A DNA stretch of 63,943 nt, filler included, from Folioceros fuciformis (lineage: Eukaryota): the NCBI GenBank assembly GCA_049999805.1. It is 5 parts of 3 records of this genome, joined end to end, with 100 filler letters (N's around TTAATTAATTAA, not from the genome) between each part and the next. Parts side by side here need not be neighbours in the genome. Positions count along the whole stretch, not along the records: positions 33,992 to 41,009 come from JBNGIO010006183.1; positions 41,110 to 62,226 come from JBNGIO010006184.1; 3 more parts are not named here. The stretch is one strand, 5' to 3'. Positions 37,401 through 49,018 of this stretch are shown here, piece after piece (position 1 is the first letter of the stretch; each line of letters begins with the position of its first letter). The position numbers and the translations under genes were made by a program. Under the pieces are notes generated by a model, which made no database searches, was not told where the DNA came from, and was given only the letters and a program-made list of their open reading frames with translations.

Positions 37401-39915
37401 GACTTAAACTGCTTGCCATGAATGCAAGCGAAACATAGATCAAGATCTGGTAAGTCAGACTCTGTAAAACCTGTAACCATCTTCTCCTTCAAAAGACGTC
37501 GCATTGCTTGAATATTGGGGTGACCTAACCTACAATGCCATCTGAAAGCAACCTGAGTTCTACTGACTGGAAACTTAGATACTTGAGCTGTTTGTTGTGG
37601 CAGGTCTAAGACAAAATCCAAGAGATATAGGTCATATAAGGGGGTACCTCTAGCAATAATTTCTGAAGGGGCACTCAACTTGGTAATTGCACACTCTAGT
37701 CCTTCAAACAAAATACTATACTGACCAATCTCACCTAAGACCATGGTGCTAACCAAATTTTTCTTGAGTGCTGGGACATGTAGAACATTCTCTAACTCCC
37801 ATGTTTTCCCATTGTACAGAGTCATAATAATAGATCCCATTCCCTTAATGGGTATATGTGAATTGTCCCCTAAGACGACTGCATGCTGGAGAGAAGATAC
37901 AACATACTTGACAAAGTTATTTCTAGAAGAGCACATATGATTTGACGCACCACTTTCTAGAAACCACTGATTCCTACCCTTCGAAACAGAAGATAAACAG
38001 GTAACCAGCAGTCCTGGTGTAGCAGCTCTTGTAACATTTGATTCATGTTGCTTGCCCTTTCCAGCGTCATCTTTTTGTTTCTTTCTGCAGTCTCTAACCC
38101 AATGACCTGGCTTGTGGTAGTAATTGCACACACCAGGTTTCTTGCTGGGCTGCGATGGATTGAAGCTGGAAGACTCGTAGTTGGACGCGTGTCCTCTACC
38201 TCTTCAAAAGCTTCCACGTCCTCGCCCCCTGAATATTGCGGCCTGTAAAAAGAGCTGTATCGCTCTGTTTATGGGTAGAGGTTGAACCTCCTTTGCTCAT
38301 ATGCTTTCTGTTGGCCTCTGCTTGTAAGAGAGCGCCAACAAGCTTCTGAACTGTGAGGTTTGTTACTGCAGGTGTGGTTGCTGTTGCTGGAGTGACAGTG
38401 GCAGCAGCTTGAATACTTGAGCTCCAAATTTCGTAACTTGGAGGGAGGCGTATCAGAAACTAAACAGCTGCCCTCCCTTTAGATAAGATCACTCCACAAG
38501 CTGCTAACTTGGCTCTTACAGCTCTGAACCTGGCCACATGACTCTCAACTGAGTCAGTTTCTTTCATGCGCAGGTTTTGAAAATGACTTATTGCTGCTGC
38601 CTCCGAGATGACATCCTTAGACTCGTAAGTGTCATTCAGCAAAGACCAAACCTCATGTGAGAATTTAGTCAATTTGATATGTGGTATCATCGTCTGAGAG
38701 ACTGATCCCACTAGAATTGTCCTTGCTTTGCGATCCTTGGAGAGCCAATCAAGCTCATCCTTGGCTGTCCACAGCTTCTTATTAACTCCTCCAGGAGTCA
38801 GTGTGCCAGAGTCTTGACCAGCAACACGCCGTGGAATCGAGCCATCAGCAACATCCATAAGCAATTTCTCCTCCAGAATACACCTCACCCGAAAAGACCA
38901 CGCATCAAAATTATTAGGGGTGAATCTGTCTTTTTCTTGTAAGCGGTCAGAATACTGATTTGCCGCCATGATGCCTGTGATGAGGAGAACTACATAGTAG
39001 GGGTTCTCAGGAAAGTCATCTTCTCCCTGAGTTCGTCAATCTCTGACCTATGACTTTTGATTTCTAATTCTGCCCCTACTGCAGCGACGCACTTTGACTC
39101 CCGCAATTTCTCCAGGCTATCAAGGCGGTTTGATAAAATGTCTACTCTTCGTGAACTTTCCAAGACGTAAGACTTGACATTAAAGAGAGAATTGAAGAGA
39201 GAGTCAAATTGTTTCAGATCTTGTGAACTGTAGGGTTTACAGGATCTACACTTTACATATTGTTGTTTCAGTGAGTTGTAATTTGCTAGGCAGCAGGAGG
39301 TGTCTAATCTGTCCACATTTCTGAATTGCGCACGTGAATTGGAGCCAGAATGTTCTGAATAATAAGAATCAGTAAATGCTTTCAAGAAACGCACCCGCTC
39401 TTCCTGTTGACTGGCGAAGATTTGTTTCTTGAAATACAGTTGTTCAAATTCTTCTCCAAAACTTTCCAATTCAGAAGTAGATTGATGCCGAGCCTTGCTA
39501 TTCCTAGCAGAGACTGGCCACACCTGCCTGCAAACGCCCTTCCGAGGCATCTCGCCTCCACCGCATCAAACCGCGCACATATTGTTCAATTGCCATAAAA
39601 ATATATTTTTTTTTTGTTAAAGAATCAAGAACTGAAAAAACATGTTTTTGGCAATAATGTAAGACGATTTCAAATAGCCATCAGGATGAGCAAGGCAGGA
39701 AAATTGCCTTGCTCTGATACCATGAAAACATTGTAGTGCATGGATCAAACCACACGCATGCACACACAAAAGAGTTAGTTATTTAAGAATAAGGTCCACT
39801 ATAGATATGTCCTCAGACACTAGTAGTTGTAACTGCTACAATAACCCTAACTACCTAAGGTACAACCCTAAGAGTATAGGCAATGTACTAACAACTAATA
39901 TCTACTTGTTTAACA
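34436..39915 (-). mobile_element. Ty1/copia LTR retrotransposon, degenerate (extra 5' ORF, gag, CCHC, PR, INT, RT, RNaseH)
   Basis: 5' LTR 39723-39915 (TG...CA), PBS 39711-39722, gag from 38969, CNYYHKPGHWVRDC, WFLESGASNHM, WHCRLGH, YGLKQ, LYVDD, LSSTEAEY, RTKHIE. The 3' LTR was not found. Confidence 0.92.
38990..39550 (-). CDS. Accessory 186-aa ORF between PBS and gag of the copia element; C-terminus probably coiled coil
   Basis: Open ATG-to-stop ORF ending 20 nt before the gag ATG; heptad-like ILSNRLDSLEKL...EIDELREKM. Confidence 0.55.
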   Translation of the reverse strand: MPRKGVCRQVWPVSARNSKARHQSTSELESFGEEFEQLYFKKQIFASQQEERVRFLKAFTDSYYSEHSGSNSRAQFRNVDRLDTSCCLANYNSLKQQYVKCRSCKPYSSQDLKQFDSLFNSLFNVKSYVLESSRRVDILSNRLDSLEKLRESKCVAAVGAELEIKSHRSEIDELREKMTFLRTPTM

Positions 39916-40727
39916 AATGTGGCAACATTGCAACAGCTGGATGTCTTGGGGCACTACAGAAAAGGTGCCTGAGATAGCATTGGCAGGAAGTAGTGAAGGG
40001 AATCGCTACTGTAGGTCCTAAAGGCGGAAAGCAGCAATGCATTACGCCTTGGGACAATGGTCACAATAAATGTAACGACTGACCAAGATGCCATTTAGCA
40101 AAAGGGCCTCCAGACCTGTGCAAATGCCCCCAAACAGTTCCAGCAAACTAATTCCAGAAGTGGGCGCCGTCCACGTGATGATCTGCTGGCTCATCGTGGT
40201 GGAAGATGCGTGTCCGCCCAAGGGGGAGTGTTGAAGTTGTAGAGCTTGCTGAACCAGGTCAGACACTTCAAATGATGGTGGAGTGTCTCCTAGGCAAGCT
40301 GCTGTGACCAAATGGTTGGCCTTAGGATCTGAATCCAAGTCGACAAGCTCCTACATGTCACTCAAATGCTAGCTGTCGGCGGGGAGCACCTCGGGGACAG
40401 CCTGAATGGTCGCCATAAGAACTGGAGTAGCTAGGACAGTGGGGACCTCGGTGTCCAATCCGCCATGCAGATTCAAGGGAAAGTGCGCCACTTGCTGACC
40501 TTCACTACGCCAATTGGGGTGATAATGAGCTTGGTCTGTCCAATTGTCCACGATGATGTCGGGTGGAAACAAAAACTCCTGTCGAAGAAGGACATCGTAG
40601 TTGGCGGCTGTCGTGATAAGGCAATGAATGGCCAATGTCATAGTAGCGGCTGTCTCGGGCTTGAGTGTGATGGCTAGTGGCTAAACCGTCTCTCCACACA
40701 TAGGTTCCACCGCGCCAAAGGCTGTCC
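39916..40727 (-). pseudogene. Gypsy-like retrotransposon fragment: protease C-terminus plus N-terminal half of a C5 DNA methyltransferase, cut by the copia insertion
   Basis: ANYDVLLRQEFLFP...DNW, then GISLLELFGGICTGLEALL.NG...YIYCD...RFPSLLP...VPQDI; collinear with 47050-48560. Confidence 0.75.
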
Positions 40728-41009
40728 CGCAACCAAAATGTACTGATTCTGCCGAACTCGAGTCTTTGGCTGGATCGGTCCCACAAAATCGATTCCCCAC
40801 TTCTCGAAGGGTGCCAAAGCCAAAATCGGCACCAACGGCCATTGCGTCGTCGGGGTAGGCTTCCCCACCCGCTGGCAGGCATCACATTTTTTTACGTACT
40901 GTGCTGTATCTCGGTACATTGTGGGCCACCAGTATCCTGCCTCTAGGATCTTCCTGCAAGTAATATGCGCTGCGAAATGGCCACCTGCCTCCCCGTCGTG
41001 CAGGCCCCT
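40728..41009 (-). mobile_element. Ty3/gypsy integrase fragment
   Basis: GHFAA..T.RKILEAGYWWPTMYRD...VKKCDACQR, PFEKWGIDFVGPI, YILVA. Confidence 0.85.
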
Positions 41010-41109
41010 NNNNNNNNNNNNNNNNNNNNNNNNNNNNNNNNNNNNNNNNNNNNTTAATTAATTAANNNNNNNNNNNNNNNNNNNNNNNNNNNNNNNNNNN
41101 NNNNNNNNN

Positions 41110-43696
41110 TCAAGAACATACGCTACATGTGATCCTTTATGCAAATAGTTGTCTTCTCTCTTATATAAATTATAGAGACCGTATGATCTACACAGGCACT
41201 TTAGATGATGGTCTTTATAGATTGTTAGTTCAAGTGGGAGTAACCCATTCTACTAATATTGTCATTCCAAGCTCGTCAACACCTACCCAAACCATGCTTT
41301 GGCATTGTTGCCTTGGTCATCCTAATAGTCAGAAGTTGGTCCAAATGTCTAAGGGAACCTTATACAAAACTCCTTGCCTTGCAAAGGTAACACATCCATC
41401 TTGGTGTGAGTCTTGTGTCCTCACTAAAAGACACCAAGAGCCATTCAAAAATAAATCTCTCCAAAGGGCAAAGTTACCTTTAGAGATAGTGCACATAGAC
41501 ATTTGTGGACCCTTGCCTACACCCTCCTTTAATGGTTGTTGATATTTTTTGACATTTACAGATGATTTCTCTCACTTTGTCCTTAGGGTTTAGGGTTTAG
41601 AGTGATAATTTCCAATTCTTCAAGGACTATATGAAATGGGCTAAGAGATTTACATATCATAAACTAAAGACCTTACGTTTTGACAATGGTGGAGAGATTA
41701 CATCTAATGAACTTGAGGAATTTTGTCGAGCTGAAGGTATAGCTCAACAACTTACTGTTGCATATACTCCTCAACAAAACGGCGTAAATAAGAATCTACA
41801 CCTTGAAGAGATAACAAGTTGCTTATTAGCACAAACTAAATTATCCAAAGTTTATTTGGCAAAGGCCCTCCTTACAGCAACCTATCTTCTAAATTGATTG
41901 CCTACATCAGCTGTTCAAGGTATAACTTCATATGACACGTTCACTTGCAAGAAGCCTTGTATTATGGTCAACTTCCAATATTTTGGATCACCTGCTTATG
42001 TTTTTATACCCAAAGCAGTACGCAAGAAGCTAGATCTGAAAGCTACCAAATACACTTTCATTGGCTTCACCAAAGGTATCAAAGGGTATAAATTATTTAA
42101 CCCTATTACAAGGCAGCTTTTATATGCTTGGAGTGTTACTGTTCATGAGTCTTACCTCTTTTCCAAGGGTGTGGGAACTGATCCACTTGTTTCTTCTTTT
42201 GATGAAACACATGAACCTTCTTATTTTGATGATACTAATAGTTGAGATGTCACCCCCGCCATGCTCAAAGGAGGTTAAAACAAGTTAGTTGAAGCAAGAT
42301 GCAGAATCCCAAAACTAAGAGCACTATAACAAGGCTCTTAAACTCAAATAAAAAAGGGAATTACAAAAACAACACAATACAAATGAAGAGGGAGTTAGAC
42401 TGCATATACTAAGTGGGTTCATCCCTTCTTTTATGGACCTATGGGTGGCACTCTCATTTCGTGCCCAATATGGGATAAATGACCCCAACCAAACCCTACA
42501 ATACTTCTTTTGCCCAACATAGCAAAGTCTAATAAGCTATATATATATATTAATCATAACCTTAATCACTCTTACCACTAATTAGTACAAACTCAATAAG
42601 CTGGATTAGCACTAATTAATCTCAACATTAATCATGCTTAACACTAATTCCCTTCCTCCCTTTCCTATTCCCGCCTCTCGTGTTCCTTTAGTTGGACCTA
42701 TTATGTAGGAGGAGGAGGAGTTAGCATCTATTCCACCACTTCCAACAACTCCACCAAAAGAAAATGCAATTGATGAGGAGGTGCCTCTTGACACTCATGC
42801 TGATGTGCTTGATGACTATATTGAAGATGATGTTGCAGAGCCATCAGAACCTCCCATAGCTTCCTCTCCTGTGGATGATACACCGGCACCAAGGTACTAC
42901 CTTAGAACACAATCACTGGCCCTGCAGGTTGGAAGGAACCTTCTTTAGAATACCTATCTTTTTATTCTCAAGTTGTATACAAGGCAACTATAGACCCTAA
43001 AGAACCTCTTACTTTAAAACAAGCCTTCTCCTCTCTTAAAAAAGACTTATGGAAGGTAGCTAGAGACTCTAAATACAATTCCTTCGTCAATAACACTACA
43101 TGGGAATTGGTCAAACTACTTAGGGGTAGGAAGATAATAAGCAACAAATGGGTATTCAAAATAGAAAGGAAAGGAGATGGTTCCATAGAGTAGTATAAAT
43201 CATGACTGGTATCCCTAGTCTTTACACAAATTCTTGGTTTATATTATAAACCTTGGGCTACTTATGCCCTAGTCGCCAAATTTGGTACACTTTGAATGAT
43301 ATTTGCTTTATGTGCCCAATTTGATCTTGAACTCCATACAATGGATGTTAAGAAAACATCTTTGGATGGGCGCCAACAAGAGGAAATATACATGAAGCAA
43401 CTTGAGAGTTACAAAGTTAAAGGTAAAGAAGATTGAGTATGCTATGACAGTAAGGGTTTATATGGCCTTAAGCAATCAAGCAAGAATTGGAACTTAACCA
43501 TACATGTACAACTCATTGAGAGAGGGTTCAAGCAATGCTAGGGTGATGCTTGCATGTACATCCTTATATCTGGAAAGGATGTATCCTATCTCTTGCTTTA
43601 TGTTGATAATATTTTTATGACAACTAACTCCCTTATTCTAAATGAAGTCAAGCATGGCTTAGGAATTTATTTGAAATGTTAGAGCTAAGAGAAATG
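41110..43696 (+). mobile_element. Degenerate Ty1/copia (GAG-pre-integrase, INT, RT N-terminal part)
   Basis: LWHCCLGH, VHIDICGP, LRFDNGGE, YTPQQNG, KGYKLF, KWVFK, LYGLKQS, LYVDN, with many stops. Confidence 0.85.
42240..42627. mobile_element. Probable solo LTR (~388 bp) inserted in the copia above
   Basis: Termini (A)GTTGAGAT...ATCTCAACA form an inverted repeat; flanks CTAAT/TTAAT are a near-TSD; the insert interrupts the INT-RT linker. Confidence 0.6.
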
Positions 43697-46600
43697 TGTT
43701 AGAAAGCAAGCGCCCTAATAAGATTGTGCATGCATTAGTGTATCTAGTTGGTATAGGGATACATATTGAGTTGATGTCTATCTTTATCAAGGTATTGCCA
43801 TGCATGAAGTCTATAAATGTAATCATTGGCTACCTATTCTAATGTACAGTCCTAAAGGTACTCAATGTATTGGATCAGAGTTGATCCTTGATTTCCTTTT
43901 TTTTTAACATGGTATTTGTGCAAGGGGAGTTAAGTTTTTGGTGCTATGTGACGCGGTAGTTCAACCTAGGTTTTTTGGGAATAGCCAATCTCAGGTGAAG
44001 CCAATCACCATGCGCACTAAGTGACTGTGTAGCCTATAGATGCTATAGGAGACTTCGTAGATAAAAAGTGCTTGAGCTAGGCTCTTGTGAGTGTGGCCAA
44101 AAGGAGCGCAAGGCACTGCCAAATTGAGTGCAAGAAGTTGCCGAGATAATTGCAGATAGCAGCAATGGTTGTGGGAAGTGGCACCAAACATAGGAAGCAT
44201 TGGGTAAGGAATGCAAGGAGGATTCGACAACATTTCTCAATTTTTTGGAGAGAAGCTAGACAACAAGAATTTTGCCTTGTGGAAGTTCAAGATGAAAATT
44301 TCTTTTGGTAGGCATAGGGTATTAGGACCTTTGTATATGTGATGAGATAAAACCTAAAATAAGTAGAAATCCATCACAAGAGCAATGGAGAGCTCATAAG
44401 CAATAGATAGAGGGAGCATGCAAAGTGTTATGTTCGTTCTCACTGAGCATTTCAAATGCTATGGTCATCTAGATCATGGAATGTAAGATGCCGAAAGGAT
44501 GCATGGGATATACTCATGAAGAACTAGGGGAATGTCACACATGGAAGGAACATTCATTTGAAGCAACACTTCAACAATGCGTGATGAGGTAGCAGAAGCA
44601 TACTTGTGTTCACAACTAAGGTGAAGACTTTAATAGATCAACTTGATACGATGGATTTAGAAGTGATGGAGGATGACATGATTGATGTGACATTGAATGG
44701 TCGTGATAAAATATATAGGTCCTTTGATACGTCAATTTCTGTGAGAGCTAAACCTCCAAGTTGGAATGAATTGGTAGCATTGTTGCTACACAAGGAAGTT
44801 AAGCTTGGTTTGAACTCTAGTTCTAACGTGTCTCAGGGTAGAGACATTGTTTTATTCTCTAACCAACATGGTAGAGGCAACCAAGGTCGTGGTTCATTTC
44901 GAGGTAGGGGTAATACTTGGAGTACTCATGAACAGAACCAACAAAGCAATTGGCGTGATGCAAACACACAAGCCTAGAGTGGAGTTGGAAACCTCAGGGG
45001 CAAGCGGAGAACCACAAGAAGCGAAGATGGCTCTTGGCAATCACATTACCAGTCTAATAAGGATAAAGAATGCTATTATTGCGGCAAATTTGGGCATATA
45101 GTGAAAGATTGTTATAAGAAACAAGTCATGTGACACATCATTAGTGAATGAGGACATGGCCATCTGCAACTTTATAGCTGAGGCATAAACGGAAGAAGGC
45201 ACAGGCTGGAACCTTGGAAACATGCATGACTAACAAGTCCCAGATACGACACTAGCACCTCAATCCATACCCAATCCAAAAACCCCTACTTAACGAATGG
45301 ATAAATGAGGTTGAATCCCACAAACCCAATTAACCGGCTAAGTAACTATAATTTATCCTTGTAATCATAAAACATCGATTACAAGAGGTAGAACATGCAA
45401 GTTAGCATACAGTTAGGCTTAGGCTCTTAACCTACACCCTTGCGAGCTACTTGTACTGATCTCAAGCCTTTCCAAGACAATCTATCTTTGAGAGCAAGAG
45501 ACTCCTACGCACTATGGCTAATGATTTGCTGGTGCATGCTATGACCAAGGATGTGTAGCGTATAAGAACCAATGATCCGATGCTAGGCTGGAACACCTGA
45601 GATCTGGAATGCCGGTGTGTAACAAGTAGACTCTAAAGGAAGAGAAAGACAACATGGACATTTTGCATCTTCTAGTGGTACTCAAAAGAATCAGGAGGAT
45701 AGGTTGTTTGTTGTACAACGTCTATCAAACTTGCACTTGACAAGCAAAATGATGAGAGATAATATATTGATTCAAGAACGTTTAATCACATGACTCCACA
45801 TGGTGAGTGGTTTGGCAAAATGAATGTAGGTACCCATAATCATGTGTGCACAGGAGATGGTACACAACATAACATAAGGCATAAAGGAATTGTTCCCCTT
45901 AAGATGCCAAATGGTCAGAAGAAAAGTTTGCAAGATGTGTTACATGTTCCAACTCTTACGAAAAATTGGTGAACTCTAACTTGTTGATATATACCGCAAC
46001 AAAATGGTGTTGCAGAGAGGAAAAATAGGGTGCTAATGGAATCAGAAAGGGCAATGCTGAATGAAAAATGTTGACCTACTACGTATTGGGCCAAAGTTAT
46101 TATGACTGCAGTGTAAGTGTTGAATCAAACTCCCACAGCTGAGATTCATGATGCTACACCATATGAGAGGTTGTATGGATATAAACCAGACATTCGACAC
46201 TTGAAAGTTTTTGGTTGCATTGCATTTGTGTATGTACCTAATGAAAAGCATAAGACGCTAGATCCTAAAGTGATTAAGCTTGTGTTTTTGGGGTATGCAC
46301 AAGGAAGGAAGGCATACAAGTGCTATGTGTCGTCTACACATGAAACCCTTATTAACAGGGATGTAGTGTTTTATGAGTTAGCCTCATGGTGTGGCAACTC
46401 AATTGTTGTGTGTACTTACAAACCGATAATCGAAAGTACTGTTGAGAGTACTCTTGCAAAGGTTACTAATGTAGTACCAATTGTAAGTCCATGGTATGGT
46501 AGGTTACGGAGTCTCCATCCAAAGTCCATTGACACGGATATGTGAGTGAGGGGGAGAGTAGACAATGAAGAAGGGAAGGAAGGTTGAAGCTGAAGATGTG

Positions 46601-47045
46601 GAATATAAATTGTCAAGCAATGACAATCTTAATAGTGAACTTGGAATTCCATCTATGGTAACGCTAAGTGCTAAAGAGCTTTGTTACGTACCACCTCATG
46701 AGTGGCAAGTTCAAAGTGAACCAAAATGGAGAAGATCGGGGAGGGTTAGAAAACCCATTGACAAATATAACTCTACAAGTTATAATATGCATTATTACAT
46801 GTACATGACAAGAGTTGCGGATTGTAAGGAACTGACCACATTTGCTGAGGCACTGATAGACGAAAAGTGGTTTCATGCCATGGATGAAGAATACTCAGCA
46901 CTAGTTGAGAATGGAACATGGGATTTCGTGCAGCTGCCAGTTGGTAAAGTCTCAATTGGTTCAAAATGAGTTCATAAGCTGAAGGTCAAAGTAGATGGAT
47001 TGCTGGAGCGTTTCAAGGCCAAGTTGGTTGCTAAGGGATATGCAC
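43697..47045 (+). mobile_element. Degenerate Ty1/copia (5' LTR 43697-43909, decayed PBS, gag, PR, partial INT, RT start)
   Basis: TGTTAG...TAACA then TGGTAT; KNFALWKFKM, CYYCGKFGHIVKDC, PQQNGVAERKNR, LKVFGC, AMDEEY.AL..NGTW, FKAKLVAKGY. Confidence 0.85.
45129..45624. mobile_element. Probable solo LTR (~496 bp) inserted just after the gag zinc knuckle
   Basis: Termini TGTGACACA...TGTGTAACA; imperfect flanking duplication AGTCA/AGTAG. Confidence 0.45.
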
Positions 47046-47049
47046 ACTC

Positions 47050-47850
47050 CTCAACTGTAGGCTCCTCCTGATGGCTCGTGCGAGTGTTCAATAGCAAACT
47101 TGCGCCATTGCCATGATAAGCAAAGAAGCCAAGCATGCTCACTAGAGTGGGCAAGGTGTTCCGAGGTTGTCCAAGAACATTGGTGGAATACCAAGGAGGT
47201 TTCTCTGGACCATGGATAGGGCGAGCCTCATGATCCTCATTCAATACATCTGACAAGCTCAATGTGGGATCAAAGCAAGGTCCAATAATTACGCAAGCAC
47301 TAGGCATAGCTCCCAACCTATGCAGCATCCATGAGAAAAGGGTGCCCAATGTGGTGTTGAATGATCATCATGTCCTGCTGCACTTGATCTTGCTCCAAGT
47401 GCGCAGGGGTGTTCTAAAGCAGGTAGGCACAATTGGGATAACATTGTTGTAGCCATACCAACAATTGGTGCAATTCCCAAAACAGTCCACTACGCGTGTC
47501 CTATAGACTAGCCCCTGCACCTGCCTATGAGAAGCCTTGACACTCCCATCGTGTGACAAGGATGTGCACCATGCCCAAGGCCTAAATATGGCCATGTTGT
47601 ATGTAGCATACATCCTGGGGTACAGCAAAGAAAGCACTGTGAAAGGTTGTCTAAGGCAATTGAATGGGACAACAAACACGCAGCTCTTGTAGGCAATGGG
47701 CTGCCATTGCATGTGCCTCAGGACTGCTGTCACAATACACGTAGTATTGAATGTGCAATCCAACAATGAGCACGGCCTCAAGTCCGATGCATAAGCCTCC
47801 CAAGAGCGCTAACATGGTGACTCCCTTAGTAGGGATTGTCTAATCTACCA
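47050..47850 (-). pseudogene. Retrotransposon-encoded C5 cytosine DNA methyltransferase domain (motifs I-VIII in one frame with nonsense codons; target-recognition domain and start of motif IX in a shifted frame)
   Basis: Manual translation: MLALLGGLCIGLEAVL..G...YVYCD...VPQDV...ILVTRWECQGFS*AG...DTRSGLFWEL...AYLL*N...MDAA*VGSYA*CLRNYWT, then LPTLVS...EEPTVEE. Confidence 0.8.
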
Positions 47851-48739
47851 CATGCTATTACACCATTTGTCCAGACTGCGGATGTAACAAACCTATCTCC
47901 ACCAGTGTGTTGACTTGCAACAGTTGATGACGGGCAGTTTGTAGCTGGTCATCGATTGTGGCCGGGTGATCAGCACTGTGCACAACATTCTATGCAATGC
48001 AGAAAATAGCATGCATTGTAGAGCAACTCAGCACCTCCTCACTCTCAATCTTCAGTGTGGACTCAAGATGGTCCTCATCTCGTAGTGGATCAAGTGGGAT
48101 TGTCATGCAAGCTAGCTCCATGTTGTCAAAGCAGGCTTGTCACATGACCCTGGTAGCGATGTCAACCTTTGCATTCCCATGAAGCCTAAGTGGAAGGAAA
48201 GCCACCTTCTTGCCACCGTCTAGACTGGGTGTCTAGTCTAGACGATAGTATGCTTGCTCAGTCCAATTATCAATGGTAACGCAAGGGGGAAACAAGAATT
48301 CTTGGCCCAATAAGACATCATAATTTGTGGCAGGGATGACCAAATAGGGGACACTAAGAGTCATGGCATCCTCCATCCATGGATTAAGGGTGATGTTGAC
48401 AGGGTGCACTATTTCCCCCATGACTGGCTCAATGGCTCCAAATGTTGTCCGAACATTCCAAGGAGAACTTTGCAACGTAGGCCCATGAAGCTAAAGTCTA
48501 GCAACCAAGGCTTTGCCTATGATGACAGGTTGTGCCCCCTGTGTCAAGCAGCACAACCCTTGGAGCATAACCATTAATGGTAACTACCCGGTGCCATTGT
48601 CGACAAGCGCATTGTTGACCCTCTCCGTGAGACGATTGGTACGCTGCACTCATGGCATGTCCTAAGAGATTGTTGAGGGCACCCAGCCACCAAAGTTCTT
48701 GTATCCCCCCCCCCCATTGTGAGCCAAGCCAGGGGTAAT

Positions 48740-49018
48740 GCCAGCAGCCATCATATTTGGCTCTGCCATAAGATGGGGCTGCCAGGTCATGGCTAAATGC
48801 CAACAGCCATCATATTTGGCTCTGCCATAAGATGGGGCCGCTAAGCCATGGCTAAATGCCAGCAGCCATCATATCCGGCTCTGCCATTAGATGGGGCTGC
48901 TAGGCCATGGCTGAATGCCAGCAGCCATCATATCTGGCTCTGCCATAAGATGGGGCCGCCAAGCCATGGCTAAATGCCAGCAGCCATCATATCCAGCTCT
49001 GCCATAAGATGGGGCTGC
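48740..49018. repeat. 59-bp tandem repeat, ~4.7 copies, between gag and protease of the DNMT element
   Basis: Repeated GCCAGCAGCCATCATATYYGGCTCTGCCATAAGATGGGGCYGCYAAGCCATGGCTAAAT. Confidence 0.9.
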
